Origin: an uncultured Acidobacteriaceae bacterium
GTDB taxonomy: Bacteria > Acidobacteriota > Terriglobia > Terriglobales > Acidobacteriaceae
DNA length: 64,000 bases
Direction of reading: 5' to 3'
Assembly (NCBI GenBank): GCA_963718445.1
Contig: CAVQZI010000001.1
Location: forward strand, 1,706,522-1,770,521
The stretch's first letter is position 1. The number at the start of each line of letters is the position of its first letter. The notes beneath the pieces are model-generated. The model was not told the origin of the DNA, searched no databases, and saw only the letters and a program-made list of their open reading frames with translations. The translations under genes were made by a program, and so were the position numbers. Positions 48,909 to 58,768 of this stretch are shown here, piece by piece.

Positions 48909-49745
48909 TTATTGCCCGAGAAACTCCAGCACGCAACGCACGAACTCCGCAGGCTTTTCCAGCGCGGGCAGATGTCCGCACTTGGGTATCACCTGGAGCC
49001 TGGAGCCGGCAATCAGACGATGTATCCGCCGGCCGAGCTCCACCGGAATCATCTCGTCCTGCTCGCCCCAGATGACCAGCGTAGGGACTCGCAGTTCCGC
49101 AATGCGGTCGTCGAGGTGCTCGCGTCCGTCGCTCAGGTTCCGTAAGACGCTGTCAATAGTGTATCCGTCGCCGCGTTCCAGATGCTGCTGATAGGCCATC
49201 TCGATCAGGGCATCGGTTGCCAGGCTCTTGTCACAGAACAGATGCCCGAACACCTCGCGCATGTGGGCCAGGCTTGAGACGTGCAGGTCGACGGGCAGTT
49301 CCGTTATGCCCTCCCACACGCCGGCGGAATCCACCAGCACCAGCTTGTCCACGGACTCTGGGAAGCGCAGCGTGTAAGCCGCCGCTATCCAGCCCCCGAG
49401 AGAACCGCCAACCAGGGTTGCGCGTTCGATCCCCAGTGCACGCAGAAAACGTTCCAGCACCTCAACGAAACCGCCGAGGGTGTACTCGATATGTGGCTTA
49501 TCGGAGCGCCCGAAACCGAGCATATCGAGCGCAATGACGCGGTGCGAAGAACTCAGTGCTTGCAGGCAGAATGCCCAGTCATCGGCGTCGCCGCCAATCC
49601 CATGAATCAGGATCAGAGGTGGTCCGGAGCCCACATCGTAGTAGCGGAGGGTGCAGCCAAACACCTTTATGCTGCGCAACTCAGGCAGAGGAGGCAAAGT
49701 GAATTTTTCGAACAGAGTTTGGGTTCTCGCGCCCTGCGTGAGCAT
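48909..49745 (-). CDS. Alpha/beta-fold hydrolase
   Basis: LILIHGIGGDADDW oxyanion region, GGSLGG nucleophile elbow, and a C-terminal CGHLP His motif. Confidence 0.85.
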   Translation of the reverse strand: MLTQGARTQTLFEKFTLPPLPELRSIKVFGCTLRYYDVGSGPPLILIHGIGGDADDWAFCLQALSSSHRVIALDMLGFGRSDKPHIEYTLGGFVEVLERFLRALGIERATLVGGSLGGWIAAAYTLRFPESVDKLVLVDSAGVWEGITELPVDLHVSSLAHMREVFGHLFCDKSLATDALIEMAYQQHLERGDGYTIDSVLRNLSDGREHLDDRIAELRVPTLVIWGEQDEMIPVELGRRIHRLIAGSRLQVIPKCGHLPALEKPAEFVRCVLEFLGQ

Positions 49746-49754
49746 CGCATCAGC

Positions 49755-50705
49755 TCACAAGATCTTCTTCCCGAATGCCGACAGCGCCAGCTCAACCGCC
49801 AGTTCGGCGGTCTGGTTGCGCTCGTCGAGCACCGGGTTCACTTCCACCATCTCGAAGCTCAACATGCGGCCATGATCGGCGATGATCTCCATCCCCAGGT
49901 GCCCTTCGCGGTATGTGGCGCCACCCCACACCGGTGTGCCGACACCAGGCGCATCCTCGGGATCGATCCAATCCAGATCGAGCGAGACGTGATATCCGAT
50001 GGTGCCGCGGCCTACCAGGCGAAGCGCCTCCTCCATAACCGCGCGCATGCCGCGCTCGTCGATATCGCGCATGGTGAAGACATGCACACCAGCGCGGCGG
50101 ATGTTCTCGCGCTCGTGCTCGTCCACGTCACGGATACCGACCAGGGCGACGTTTTCCGGACGCACCTTCGGGCTGAAATCGAACATGTCGCTTAGCGGTG
50201 AATGAAACAATCCCATGATTGCGCCGAGCGGCATGCCATGCACATTGCCGCTGGGCGAGGTCTCGGGGGTATTGATGTCAGTATGCGCGTCGATCCAGAG
50301 CAGCCCGATGCGCTGCTTCTTGCGGCGATAAAATTCGGCAACTCCGGAAACAGTTCCGGCCGCAATGGAGTGATCGCCGCCCAGCGTGAGAGGGATTTTG
50401 CCGTCCTCGAGCGTCTTGATCACCAGTTCCGCCTGCGCGGCGCAGGTGTTGGTGATTTCGTTTAGGTACTTGGCGTGAGGGTCGCCCTCCGCCTCGGTTT
50501 CCAGCATGGCTACGGGAACATTACCGCTGTCCTCGACGTCATAACCAAGCGCCTCGAGTTTGGCTTCCAGGCCGGCCACGCGCATGGCGGACGGACCCAT
50601 GTCAACCCCGCGACGCGACTGGCCGAGATCAAGCGGCACACCGATGATGCGGATGTGCTTGGTTTCGATGTTTTGCAGCGGCTTGGTGATGGGACTGGTT
50701 GCCAT
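49755..50705 (-). CDS. rocF: Arginase-family ureohydrolase (arginase-like)
   Basis: [42 protein letters not shown], and EVNP Mn-site motifs. Confidence 0.85.
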   Translation of the reverse strand: MATSPITKPLQNIETKHIRIIGVPLDLGQSRRGVDMGPSAMRVAGLEAKLEALGYDVEDSGNVPVAMLETEAEGDPHAKYLNEITNTCAAQAELVIKTLEDGKIPLTLGGDHSIAAGTVSGVAEFYRRKKQRIGLLWIDAHTDINTPETSPSGNVHGMPLGAIMGLFHSPLSDMFDFSPKVRPENVALVGIRDVDEHERENIRRAGVHVFTMRDIDERGMRAVMEEALRLVGRGTIGYHVSLDLDWIDPEDAPGVGTPVWGGATYREGHLGMEIIADHGRMLSFEMVEVNPVLDERNQTAELAVELALSAFGKKIL

Positions 50706-50724
50706 AATGTTCTTGGATAGTATC

Positions 50725-50750
50725 GGGTAGAGCCGGCCTTTAGGCCGGCG
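50725..50750 (+). repeat. GGGTAGAGCCGRCCTTYAGGYCGGCG hairpin repeat, copy 1
   Basis: GGGTAGAGCCGGCCTTTAGGCCGGCG in the arginase-asnS spacer. Confidence 0.75.
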
Positions 50751-50802
50751 GCCCCAGCATGCCTTCTAGACAACGTTCTAATTCACACAGTCACACCAAG
50801 TC

Positions 50803-52152
50803 TCACGGATACAGCCGGTGCAGCATGCGAGGGAAGGGAATCGTCTCGCGCACGTGCTCCAGGCCGCAGATCCACGCCACGGCCCGCTCGATTCCCATCC
50901 CGAAGCCCGCGTGCGGCACGCCACCGAACTTCCGCAAATCCAGATACCACTTGAAGGCCTCTTCCGGCAAACCGTGCTGGTGAATCCTCTGCAGCAGCAA
51001 CTCATGTGACGCCATGCGCTGCGAGCCACCAATGATCTCGCCGTAGCCCTCCGGCGCAAGTACGTCAACACACAGTGCCAGCTCAGGCCGCTCGGGGTCG
51101 GGCTCCATGTAGAACGCCTTTACCGACGCTGGATAGCGATGAATCATTACCGGCCGCTCGAACTGCGATGAGATGTAGGTCTCATCGGGCGAGCCCAGAT
51201 CACCGCCCCATTCGAACTTGTTTTCCAGCTCGCCCCGAGCATGCGCTTCTTGCAACATCTTCACCGCTTCATCGTAGGTAATGCGCGGGAAGGGCGTCCC
51301 AACCTTTTCGAGCTTGCTGAGATCACGCCCGATAATTTCCAGCTCGGGACGGCGCCGCTCCAGGCACCGCTTCACAATGAAGGTGATGAACTCCTCTGCC
51401 AGCGACATGAGGTCGTCGAGCGTGGCGTAGGCGACCTCCGGCTCGACCATCCAGAATTCTGTGAGATGGCGGCGGGTCTTCGATTTCTCGGCGCGGAAGG
51501 TTGGGCCGAAGCTGTAGACCTTGCCCAGCGCCATTGCCGTTGCTTCTATGTAGAGTTGGCCAGACTGCGTGAGGAACGCCTGCTCCTCAAAGTAGTCCAC
51601 CGGAAACAGCGTCGTCGTGCCCTCGCATGCGGCGGGCGTGAGGATGGGCGGATCGGTCAGCGTGAAGCCGCGATCGTCTAAGAAATCGCGCGCGGCTTTG
51701 ATGATCTCCGCACGCACGCGCAGGATTGCCGCCTGGCGCGGCGAGCGAACCCACAGATGCCGGTGCTCCATCAGGAAATCGACGCCGTGTTCCTTAGGCG
51801 TTATCGGGTACGGATCGTCAGGATTCACGCGCTGCACGACTTGCGCATCGCTGATGTCAATCTCGTAGCCGCCGGGAGCACGCTTGTCGGAACGCACCTT
51901 GCCAGTGACGATGACGCTGGACTCTTGGGTTAGTCCCTTGATCGACTCGAACAGCTCGGGTGAGACAGCGTTTTTCGCGACTACGCCCTGGATGATGCCG
52001 CTGCCGTCGCGAAATATTGGAAACAGCAGCTTTCCGCTCTCGCGCAGGTTGTAGAGCCAGCCGCGAATGGTGACAGTCTCGCCCTCGTGGCGGCCGATCT
52101 CGCGAATGGTGGAGACGGGGGCTTCGGTTTCAGCTTTGGCCGATGGGTTCAT
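50803..52152 (-). CDS. asnS: Asparagine--tRNA ligase
   Basis: [29 protein letters not shown], and [27 protein letters not shown]. Length about 450 aa. Confidence 0.9.
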   Translation of the reverse strand: MNPSAKAETEAPVSTIREIGRHEGETVTIRGWLYNLRESGKLLFPIFRDGSGIIQGVVAKNAVSPELFESIKGLTQESSVIVTGKVRSDKRAPGGYEIDISDAQVVQRVNPDDPYPITPKEHGVDFLMEHRHLWVRSPRQAAILRVRAEIIKAARDFLDDRGFTLTDPPILTPAACEGTTTLFPVDYFEEQAFLTQSGQLYIEATAMALGKVYSFGPTFRAEKSKTRRHLTEFWMVEPEVAYATLDDLMSLAEEFITFIVKRCLERRRPELEIIGRDLSKLEKVGTPFPRITYDEAVKMLQEAHARGELENKFEWGGDLGSPDETYISSQFERPVMIHRYPASVKAFYMEPDPERPELALCVDVLAPEGYGEIIGGSQRMASHELLLQRIHQHGLPEEAFKWYLDLRKFGGVPHAGFGMGIERAVAWICGLEHVRETIPFPRMLHRLYP

Positions 52153-52422
52153 GAGAATAAGTATTAAGTATGCACGTTGCTCATGGAAAAGTCAGGCAGG
52201 GGATTACCGACACCTCAGCATTCAGCTTGACCGAGGGCAGCAGAGAATTTACGAAGGCGTGAACTCCCGGGCAGCGTTTCCCTATCTTGGTCGTGTCGGC
52301 CGGAAGCAAAGACGCGCGAACTAACGTTTGTCGGCTTGCCTTATTTAGCCATTTACCGCGTACACGGCGAAATTGTTGAAATCATCCGCATTTTGCATGG
52401 GCCGCAAGACCGGCCATGAAAC

Positions 52423-53250
52423 CTACTCTCCCACCTTCTCCAACCTCGCAAACGCCTCCGCCATCTTCTGGCTGACGTTCTCCCCTTCAACCGCCTCAAT
52501 TTCCAGCAGCAACGGCGGTACATGCGGCGCCGTGCGTAGCAGCTCCACCGCCCTCTTCCAATCGATGCTGCCCTCGCCGGGCCAGAGGTGCGAATCACGG
52601 TCCTGTTTATTGTCATGCACGTGGGTTGAGCGAATTCGGTCCTTCAACAGCTCGAATGCCTGCCCAACTCCAGGCGACAGGTGCGCGTGACCGACATCGA
52701 AGCACACTCCGATGTCCGCAAATCGTCCTGCCTGCAACAACTGCATCAGGTTTTCCGGAGTGGACAGCTCGTTAGGAATATTCTCGACCAGCAATTCCAC
52801 GCCCAGCGGCTTGGCGAATGCGTGCAGGTGCTCAAGAGAGCTTATGGCCCCATCAACCTTGTGCTCGTTTGTTTCCTCGTTGCCGATGCCCACGTGCTGC
52901 ACTAAAAACCGGAACGGCGCCTGTTCCGCCACCTCGATGGCGCGCTTGATCTCGTCCATCGCCGCAATGCGCTCCCGCTTTTCGACCGCCGCAATGTTGA
53001 TGGCCTGCGTACCACCGCTTCGCCATTCCTCGTCGCCGTGCATCGGAGAATGCAGGGAATGGAAGCTGACTCCGGTGCTGCGGAACCAGTTTGCGATCTC
53101 GCGCACATGCTGCCGGTCGGTGTAGTTGAAGTGACCGCGGGCCGCAAAGATTTCCACCGCCTCGGCGCCGCCGCGCACGAACTTGTCCAGCAGTCCTGGA
53201 TGCAGCCGTTCGTGCCGGGCGTACAACAGTGTGGACATTGCCCTGCGCAT
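52423..53250 (-). CDS. Sugar-phosphate isomerase/epimerase (xylose-isomerase-like TIM barrel)
   Basis: Pattern of His/Asp/Glu metal ligands (SLHSP, VENIPNE, FDVGHAH, HVHDN). Confidence 0.7.
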   Translation of the reverse strand: MRRAMSTLLYARHERLHPGLLDKFVRGGAEAVEIFAARGHFNYTDRQHVREIANWFRSTGVSFHSLHSPMHGDEEWRSGGTQAINIAAVEKRERIAAMDEIKRAIEVAEQAPFRFLVQHVGIGNEETNEHKVDGAISSLEHLHAFAKPLGVELLVENIPNELSTPENLMQLLQAGRFADIGVCFDVGHAHLSPGVGQAFELLKDRIRSTHVHDNKQDRDSHLWPGEGSIDWKRAVELLRTAPHVPPLLLEIEAVEGENVSQKMAEAFARLEKVGE

Positions 53251-54984
53251 TCAGTAACCAATCGCCTTTCCGCCATTGCGTCCGTCGCTTGCGCCCAGCA
53301 GCTCGCCCGTCTTCTCGTCAACCGCAATGCACTCGGCGTCTCCCAAGTAATCGCGGTCGACCTTAATCTTGTGACCCATATGTTCCAGAATGCCGATCGT
53401 GTCCGGCGAGATACCCGTCGGCTCAATTTCAATCTGGTCGGGCATCCACTGCTCGTGGAAACGCGGGGCGTTTACCGCCTGCTGAATGTTCAAGCCGTAA
53501 TCCACAACTCCCATCAGCGTATTGGCAACCGTGGTGATGATGGTCGGCCCTCCCGGTGAGCCGAGCACGAGGAACAGCTTGCCATTCTTCAGCACGATGG
53601 TCGGCGTCATTGCCGATAGCGGCCGCTTGCCCGGCCCGATAGCGTTCGCCGGCCCCTGAATCAGACCATACATGTTCGGCACCCCGGGTTTCGACGAGAA
53701 ATCGTCCATCTCGTCGTTCAGCAGGAATCCCAGACCTTCTGCCGTCACGCGCGAGCCGAATGAATCGTTCAGAGTAGTTGTCACCGCGACCGCATTCCCT
53801 TCAGCGTCAACTACCGAGTAGTGGGTTGTGTGTACTGGTTCGGCTACAGATTTCGGTTGCGGATGCGAGCTGGCATAACTGTCAAGCTCGGAAAAGACCG
53901 ACGGGCGCCGGAGTTCCGTGCTGGGCGTTGCACGGCGCAGTGGAATGGTTTCGCGCCAGGCATTGCCGTAACGCTTGTCAATGAGTTGCGCGACCGGAAT
54001 CTTCGAGAAATCGGGATCGCCCATAAACTCGGCGCGGTCGAAGAAGGCGCGCTGAAACGCCTCGGCGGTGAGGTGAATGCTCTGCGCAGAGCGGTCACCT
54101 TCTTTGTTTAGATCGTAGCCTTCGAGGATGTTCAGGATTTCCACCAGCGCGACGCCTCCCGATGACGGTGGAGGCGCGCTGATGATCTCGTAGCCGCGAT
54201 ACGTTCCCCGAATTGGCTGCCGTTCTTTGACCTCGTACTGCGCCAGGTCGTCGGCGGTGATCAGTCCACCGCCCTTCTGTATTGCGGCGGCAATCTCTCG
54301 CGCCAGCGAGCCGTGATAGAAGTCCTCGGGATTTTCGGCGATCCGCTCCAAAGTTCTTGCCAGTTCCGGCTGCTTGAATGTCTCTCCCGGCTGGTAGTAC
54401 TGGCCATCGCGCTGAAAGATGCGATGCGAGTCGGGGAACTCTGCAAGCTCCGAATCCTGGAACGATTTTGCATCGTCGTAGTCCAGCACAAAGCCGTCGC
54501 GCGCCAACCGCATCGCGGGTTCCATTACCTGCTTTAGCGAAAGCTTACCCCAGTGCTGCTCGGCGTAAACCAGTCCGGCCACAGAACCCGGCACCGCAAT
54601 TGACTTGTAACCGATTGTGCTCAGCTTGGGGATGACGTTGCCATGCGCGTCCTGATACATGCTGGCGGTCGCCTTAGCTGGCGCCTTCTCGCGGTAATCA
54701 AGAAAGTCGACGTCGCCGCCTGGCCGCCGAAAGAGCAGAAATCCGCCTCCGCCAATGTTGCCGGCTTGGGGATAAACCACCGTCAGCGCGAAACCCACAG
54801 CCACGGCTGCGTCGATGGCGTTGCCTCCTCGTCGCAGAACATCCACGCCTACGCGTGAGGCTTCGGGATGTACCGTGGCCACCATGCCTTTGGAACCGTG
54901 GCTGGGGCTCACCATGTCGCCCGCAAATCCTTGCATGCACAGCGCGAGCAGTGCTGTAAACAGGAGATGAGGGCGTAGTCTCAT
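53251..54984 (-). CDS. ggt: Gamma-glutamyltransferase
   Basis: Autoprocessing site HTTHYSVVD, GFLLNDEMDDFS, and SSMTPTIV-like SAMTPTIV. Signal peptide from the ATG at 54984; the track ORF extension to 55197 runs through a repeat element. Confidence 0.93.
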   Translation of the reverse strand: MRLRPHLLFTALLALCMQGFAGDMVSPSHGSKGMVATVHPEASRVGVDVLRRGGNAIDAAVAVGFALTVVYPQAGNIGGGGFLLFRRPGGDVDFLDYREKAPAKATASMYQDAHGNVIPKLSTIGYKSIAVPGSVAGLVYAEQHWGKLSLKQVMEPAMRLARDGFVLDYDDAKSFQDSELAEFPDSHRIFQRDGQYYQPGETFKQPELARTLERIAENPEDFYHGSLAREIAAAIQKGGGLITADDLAQYEVKERQPIRGTYRGYEIISAPPPSSGGVALVEILNILEGYDLNKEGDRSAQSIHLTAEAFQRAFFDRAEFMGDPDFSKIPVAQLIDKRYGNAWRETIPLRRATPSTELRRPSVFSELDSYASSHPQPKSVAEPVHTTHYSVVDAEGNAVAVTTTLNDSFGSRVTAEGLGFLLNDEMDDFSSKPGVPNMYGLIQGPANAIGPGKRPLSAMTPTIVLKNGKLFLVLGSPGGPTIITTVANTLMGVVDYGLNIQQAVNAPRFHEQWMPDQIEIEPTGISPDTIGILEHMGHKIKVDRDYLGDAECIAVDEKTGELLGASDGRNGGKAIGY

Positions 54985-55011
54985 GTATGCGGCGGGAAAG
55001 TACGGTTCGTA

Positions 55012-55040
55012 ATCAGGGCACGCCTTCAGGTGTGCCGATA
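55012..55040 (+). repeat. ATCRGGGCAYRGCTTYAGCC hairpin repeat (left flank copy)
   Basis: ATCAGGGCACGCCTTCAGGTGTGCCGATA. Related to the copies at 22497 and, inverted, 55193. Confidence 0.6.
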
Positions 55041-55056
55041 ACAACTCTTCAGGATT

Positions 55057-55171
55057 GTCATCCCGACCGAGCGGGCGAGTGGAGGGACCTGCTTGCATCG
55101 CGCAGAAAGCAGGTTCCTCGACTGCGCGAGTCCGGTTACTGCGTGACCGGACTCGCTCCGCTCGGGATGAC
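55057..55171. mobile_element. MITE-like 115-bp element with terminal inverted repeats GTCATCCCGA...TCGGGATGAC
   Basis: TIRs plus two internal hairpins (ACCTGCTT/AAGCAGGT and GAGTCCGGT/ACCGGACTC) read directly. No coding capacity. Confidence 0.7.
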
Positions 55172-55192
55172 ACGAGAAAAAATGCCGCAAAC

Positions 55193-55219
55193 GGCAAGGC
55201 TAAAGCTATGCCCTGATAC
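55193..55219 (-). repeat. ATCRGGGCAYRGCTTYAGCC hairpin repeat (right flank copy, inverted)
   Basis: Reverse complement reads GTATCAGGGCATAGCTTTAGCCTTGCC. Confidence 0.6.
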
Positions 55220-55538
55220 CAACCGATGTTCGAAGAAACTATGCGTAAAAGCTGTGCAAGGCATTGAGGCTAGTCCAACATCGCTGGCAGAGTCAAATGA
55301 GGAACGGGCGCTTTCCGCCTACCGATGACTGCCGCTTGCGCCCGCCAACGGATTAGTTGTGATACGGCGATGTTACGTAAGTTATCCAGCGCGATACTGT
55401 TCTGACTCGACCTGATCGGAATCCGAGCAGGGTGGACACAGCGTCTGAAGCGCCGGGGCAACCCGAATCCCTCCGCCATCCGCCATGGCAGTTGGCGGAT
55501 TGCAGATTTTCGTTGTATATCTAGTTAGCCTGTGGGCC

Positions 55539-56390
55539 ATGATGCAGACTTCCATCTTTTCCGTTGACGTCGAGGACTGGTTTCACATCCTCGATGTTCC
55601 GAGCGCACCCGTCATCTCGGAATGGAGCAGCTTACCCTCACGCGTTGAAAAGAACTTTTCCCGGCTGCTCGACATCTTCAGCGAACACAACGTTCAGGTG
55701 ACCTGCTTCTTCCTCGCCTGGGTCGGCGAGCGATTCCCCCACCTGGTAAAAGAAGCCGCCGCACGTGGACACGAGGTCGCGTCGCATGGCTACAGCCATC
55801 GACTGGTGTACCAGCAGTCGCGCGAAGAATTTTACGAAGATGTTCGTCGCGCCCGCTTGTTGCTGGAGGAAGTTGCGGGCTCGCCGGTGGTGGGTTATCG
55901 CGCCCCTGGCTTCTCCACCACAACCGACACGCCGTGGTTCTTTGACGTGTTGGCGCAAGCAGGCTATCAGTACGACTCGTCGGTTTTTCCGGCGGCACGG
56001 GGCCATGGAGGCATACGAGACGCCCGCCGCGATCCTTACCGCGTTAACGACGCCTTTCTCGAGGTCCCCATCACGGTGGCCGACATTGCCGGCAAAGCGA
56101 TGTGTTTCTTCGGCGGCGGCTACTTGCGCTTGTTCCCCTACTGGCTGATTCGCAAGAAAGCAAACGAAGTTCTGGCCGAGGGCCGTCCGGTAGTGTTCTA
56201 CATCCATCCGCGAGAGATCGATCCCGCCCATCCGCGGCTGCCCATGAGCCGCAGGCGCACCTTCAAGTCCTACGTTAACCTTGAAACTACCGAGTGGAAA
56301 ATCCGGCGCATTCTGCGCGATTTCCCGGTGACGACATTTCGGAACGTACTCAGCAATCATCCCCAATTGGCTAAATCCCATGTCGCTTGA
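55539..56390 (+). CDS. Polysaccharide deacetylase, PEP-CTERM/XrtA-locus-type (DUF3473-containing)
   Basis: IFSVDVEDWFH...TCFFLAWVGERFPHLVKE...GHEVASHGYSH...GYRAPGFS. Start 55539 or 55485. Confidence 0.8.
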   Translation: MMQTSIFSVDVEDWFHILDVPSAPVISEWSSLPSRVEKNFSRLLDIFSEHNVQVTCFFLAWVGERFPHLVKEAAARGHEVASHGYSHRLVYQQSREEFYEDVRRARLLLEEVAGSPVVGYRAPGFSTTTDTPWFFDVLAQAGYQYDSSVFPAARGHGGIRDARRDPYRVNDAFLEVPITVADIAGKAMCFFGGGYLRLFPYWLIRKKANEVLAEGRPVVFYIHPREIDPAHPRLPMSRRRTFKSYVNLETTEWKIRRILRDFPVTTFRNVLSNHPQLAKSHVA

Positions 56391-57036
56391 TCGTACCCAG
56401 ACTTTCTTCCATCAGTATGCCAACGATTTTGACGCCATCTATGGCAACCAGAATGGCGTGATCGACAGCGTCATCAATCGTCTCTTTCGCAAGAGCATGC
56501 GCTTGCGTTACGAGAAGTCGATTGCAGGCTGCGAGCCCGTGCAGGGAAAGAGCGTCCTGGACGTGGGCTGCGGGCCGGGCCATTATTCCATCACGCTGGC
56601 GCAGCGCGGGGCCTCGCGTGTGGTCGGTATCGATTTTGCCGACGGCATGTTGAAGCTGGCGACCGAGCACGCGCAAAAGGTCGGCGTCGGCGATCGCTGC
56701 AAATTCATGGTTGCCGACTTCTTTAACTATCAGCCACAAGACATCTTCGATTACGTCATCGTGATGGGCTTCATGGACTACATGCCCGAGCCGGAGAAAG
56801 TCGTGGCCAAGGTGTTGTCGCTGACGCGGAGCAAGGCATTCTTCTCGTTTCCGGTGGCGGGCGGAGTGCTCGGCTGGCAGCGGCAGATGCGCTACAAAAA
56901 GCGCTGTGATCTTTTTCTGTACACCCAAGACCAGCTCAAGCAGCTCTTCGCCAAGTTTCCGGAAGCAAGTGCCAGTATCGAGCCGATCAGCCGCGATTTC
57001 TTCGTGACGCTGGAGCGGAACGGCAAGAAGGTCTAG
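56380..57036 (+). CDS. Class I SAM-dependent methyltransferase
   Basis: VLDVGCGPGHYSITLAQRGA motif I. 11-nt overlap with the upstream gene. Confidence 0.85.
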   Translation: MSLDRTQTFFHQYANDFDAIYGNQNGVIDSVINRLFRKSMRLRYEKSIAGCEPVQGKSVLDVGCGPGHYSITLAQRGASRVVGIDFADGMLKLATEHAQKVGVGDRCKFMVADFFNYQPQDIFDYVIVMGFMDYMPEPEKVVAKVLSLTRSKAFFSFPVAGGVLGWQRQMRYKKRCDLFLYTQDQLKQLFAKFPEASASIEPISRDFFVTLERNGKKV

Positions 57037-57076
57037 CGGAGCCAGTCGTCCGATTCCACACACTGTGGCATAAACT

Positions 57077-58501
57077 GTGTTCATGGCTGGAACGCAGCGA
57101 CGAGCCGTCGTCATTGGAGCAGGTCCCAACGGTTTAGCAGCGGCTATCATTCTGGCGCAAGCGGGATTGCAGGTCGATGTCTTCGAAGCCGAACCCCAGC
57201 CCGGCGGTGGCGCGCGCACTCTTCCTCTTACATTGCCCGGATTCATGCACGACTTCGGCTCCGCCGTGCACCCAATGGCGCTGGCATCGCCGTTCTTCTC
57301 TAGCTTGCCTCTGCGGGATTACGGGCTGGAGTGGATTCAGCCCTCGGCGCCGCTGGCCCACCCGCTAGACGATGGCACCGCGGTCATTCTGGAGCGCAAT
57401 CTCAAGGACGCGCAGTCTGCGCTGGGGGACGACGGCAGGCAGTGGCGCCGGCTCTTTGGTCCCTTCGCGGAGCATTGGAACGAGATCGCTCCGGAGATCC
57501 TGCGGCCTGTCTCGTTGCTTCCGCGGCATCCGCTTCTGCTGGCCCGATTCGGCTTGCTGGGATTCCCTTCGGCCAGCGCAACCGCTCAATTCTGGTTTCG
57601 CAACCCGCGTACGAAGGCGCTCTGGGCCGGACTGGCGGCACATTCGGTTCTTTCCCTCGACGAACCGCTTACCTCCGCATTTGGAATCATCTTCGCTGCA
57701 ACTGCCCACGCTGTGGGATGGCCGATTCCGCGCGGCGGAGCACAGTCGATCACCAGTGCCCTGTGTGCACATCTCGCCAGCTTGGGCGGCACAGTGCGCA
57801 CCTCCAGCAGAGTCGAGGACCTCGCGACAGTTGGCACGTTCGATGTTGCGCAATGTGATGTCACGCCAAGGCAGTTGTTGCGAATCGCGGGTGAGCGTTT
57901 GTCGTCGTCATACCGGCGCAAGTTGGAGAAGTACCGCTATGGCCCCGGCGTCTTCAAGGTCGACTACGCTTTGTCGAGTTCAATTCCGTGGAAAGCCACG
58001 GACTGCAACCGCTCGGCGACCGTGCACTTGGGCGGAACGCTGGAGGAGATCGCGCGCTCCGAAGACGGCATGCGGCACGGCCGGCCCGCCGAGCGGCCAT
58101 TCGTGCTGTTGGCACAGCCGACCCTCTTTGATCCCTCGCGCGCTCCCGAAGGGAAGCACATCGCCTGGGCGTACTGCCACGTACCAAACGGCTCTGACTT
58201 TGACATGCTGCCCCGGATTGAGGCGCAGATTGAGCGTTTCGCACCCGGCTTTCGCGATTGCATTCTGGAGCGTCGAGTCTTTTCTCCCGCGGCTTTGGAA
58301 GCCATGGATGCGAACCTGGTCGGCGGCGACATCGGCGGCGGACTGGCCAATCTCCCGCAGCTTCTCTTCCGTCCCACAATGAGGTACTATGCCACCTCTG
58401 CGCACGACATCTACATCTGCTCGTCCTCCACTCCTCCCGGCGGCGGCGTGCATGGGATGTGCGGCTATAATGCCGCCAAACTCGCGCTAAAACGCCTGTG
58501 A
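57077..58501 (+). CDS. Phytoene-desaturase-family NAD(P)/FAD-dependent oxidoreductase
   Basis: AVVIGAGPNGLAAAIILAQAGLQVDVFEAEPQPGGGART dinucleotide fold and a C-terminal CSSSTPPGGGVHGMCG. Confidence 0.8.
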   Translation: MFMAGTQRRAVVIGAGPNGLAAAIILAQAGLQVDVFEAEPQPGGGARTLPLTLPGFMHDFGSAVHPMALASPFFSSLPLRDYGLEWIQPSAPLAHPLDDGTAVILERNLKDAQSALGDDGRQWRRLFGPFAEHWNEIAPEILRPVSLLPRHPLLLARFGLLGFPSASATAQFWFRNPRTKALWAGLAAHSVLSLDEPLTSAFGIIFAATAHAVGWPIPRGGAQSITSALCAHLASLGGTVRTSSRVEDLATVGTFDVAQCDVTPRQLLRIAGERLSSSYRRKLEKYRYGPGVFKVDYALSSSIPWKATDCNRSATVHLGGTLEEIARSEDGMRHGRPAERPFVLLAQPTLFDPSRAPEGKHIAWAYCHVPNGSDFDMLPRIEAQIERFAPGFRDCILERRVFSPAALEAMDANLVGGDIGGGLANLPQLLFRPTMRYYATSAHDIYICSSSTPPGGGVHGMCGYNAAKLALKRL

Positions 58502-58539
58502 GCAATCCTCTCGAGCCCGGTAACCGCGGTAAGATCGCG

Positions 58540-58647
58540 ATGGCCCTGTCACTCACGGCGGTGGGCGGCTTCGTCGATGCCGTCGGCTACATAGCCTTGT
58601 TCCAGATCTTCACCGCCAATATGAGCGGCAACAGCGGGGCGCCGTGA
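58540..58647 (+). pseudogene. N-terminal fragment (35 aa) of a DUF1275/YoaK-family membrane protein
   Basis: MALSLTAVGGFVDAVGYIALFQIFTANMSGN then stop. Matches the family N-terminal motif only. Confidence 0.5.
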
Positions 58648-58664
58648 TTGCTAAACCAATGGAA

Positions 58665-58698
58665 CTGCGGTAGTCATTTGTAAGAATGACCACCGCAG
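58665..58698. repeat. 14-bp-stem hairpin (CTGCGGTAGTCATT / AATGACCACCGCAG)
   Basis: One mismatch, 6-nt loop, no T-tract. Confidence 0.6.
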
Positions 58699-58724
58699 CC
58701 CCATTTAGTAGGATGTAGCTTTGA

Positions 58725-58750
58725 CGCCGACCTGAAGGTCGGCTCTACCC
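58725..58750 (-). repeat. GGGTAGAGCCGRCCTTYAGGYCGGCG hairpin repeat, copy 2 (inverted)
   Basis: Reverse complement reads GGGTAGAGCCGACCTTCAGGTCGGCG. Confidence 0.75.
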
Positions 58751-58768
58751 TCGCAGCGGGGTAACAGC

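Noticed and set aside
54985-55197. 71-codon N-terminal extension of the ggt ORF
   Set aside because: Reads through the MITE-like element and hairpin repeats. A proper signal peptide starts at the ATG at 54984.
57372-58382. 336-aa alternative-frame ORF within the oxidoreductase gene
   Set aside because: Same strand but out of frame with a gene that has a clear FAD-binding fold. Ser/Arg/Pro-rich, consistent with an off-frame artefact.
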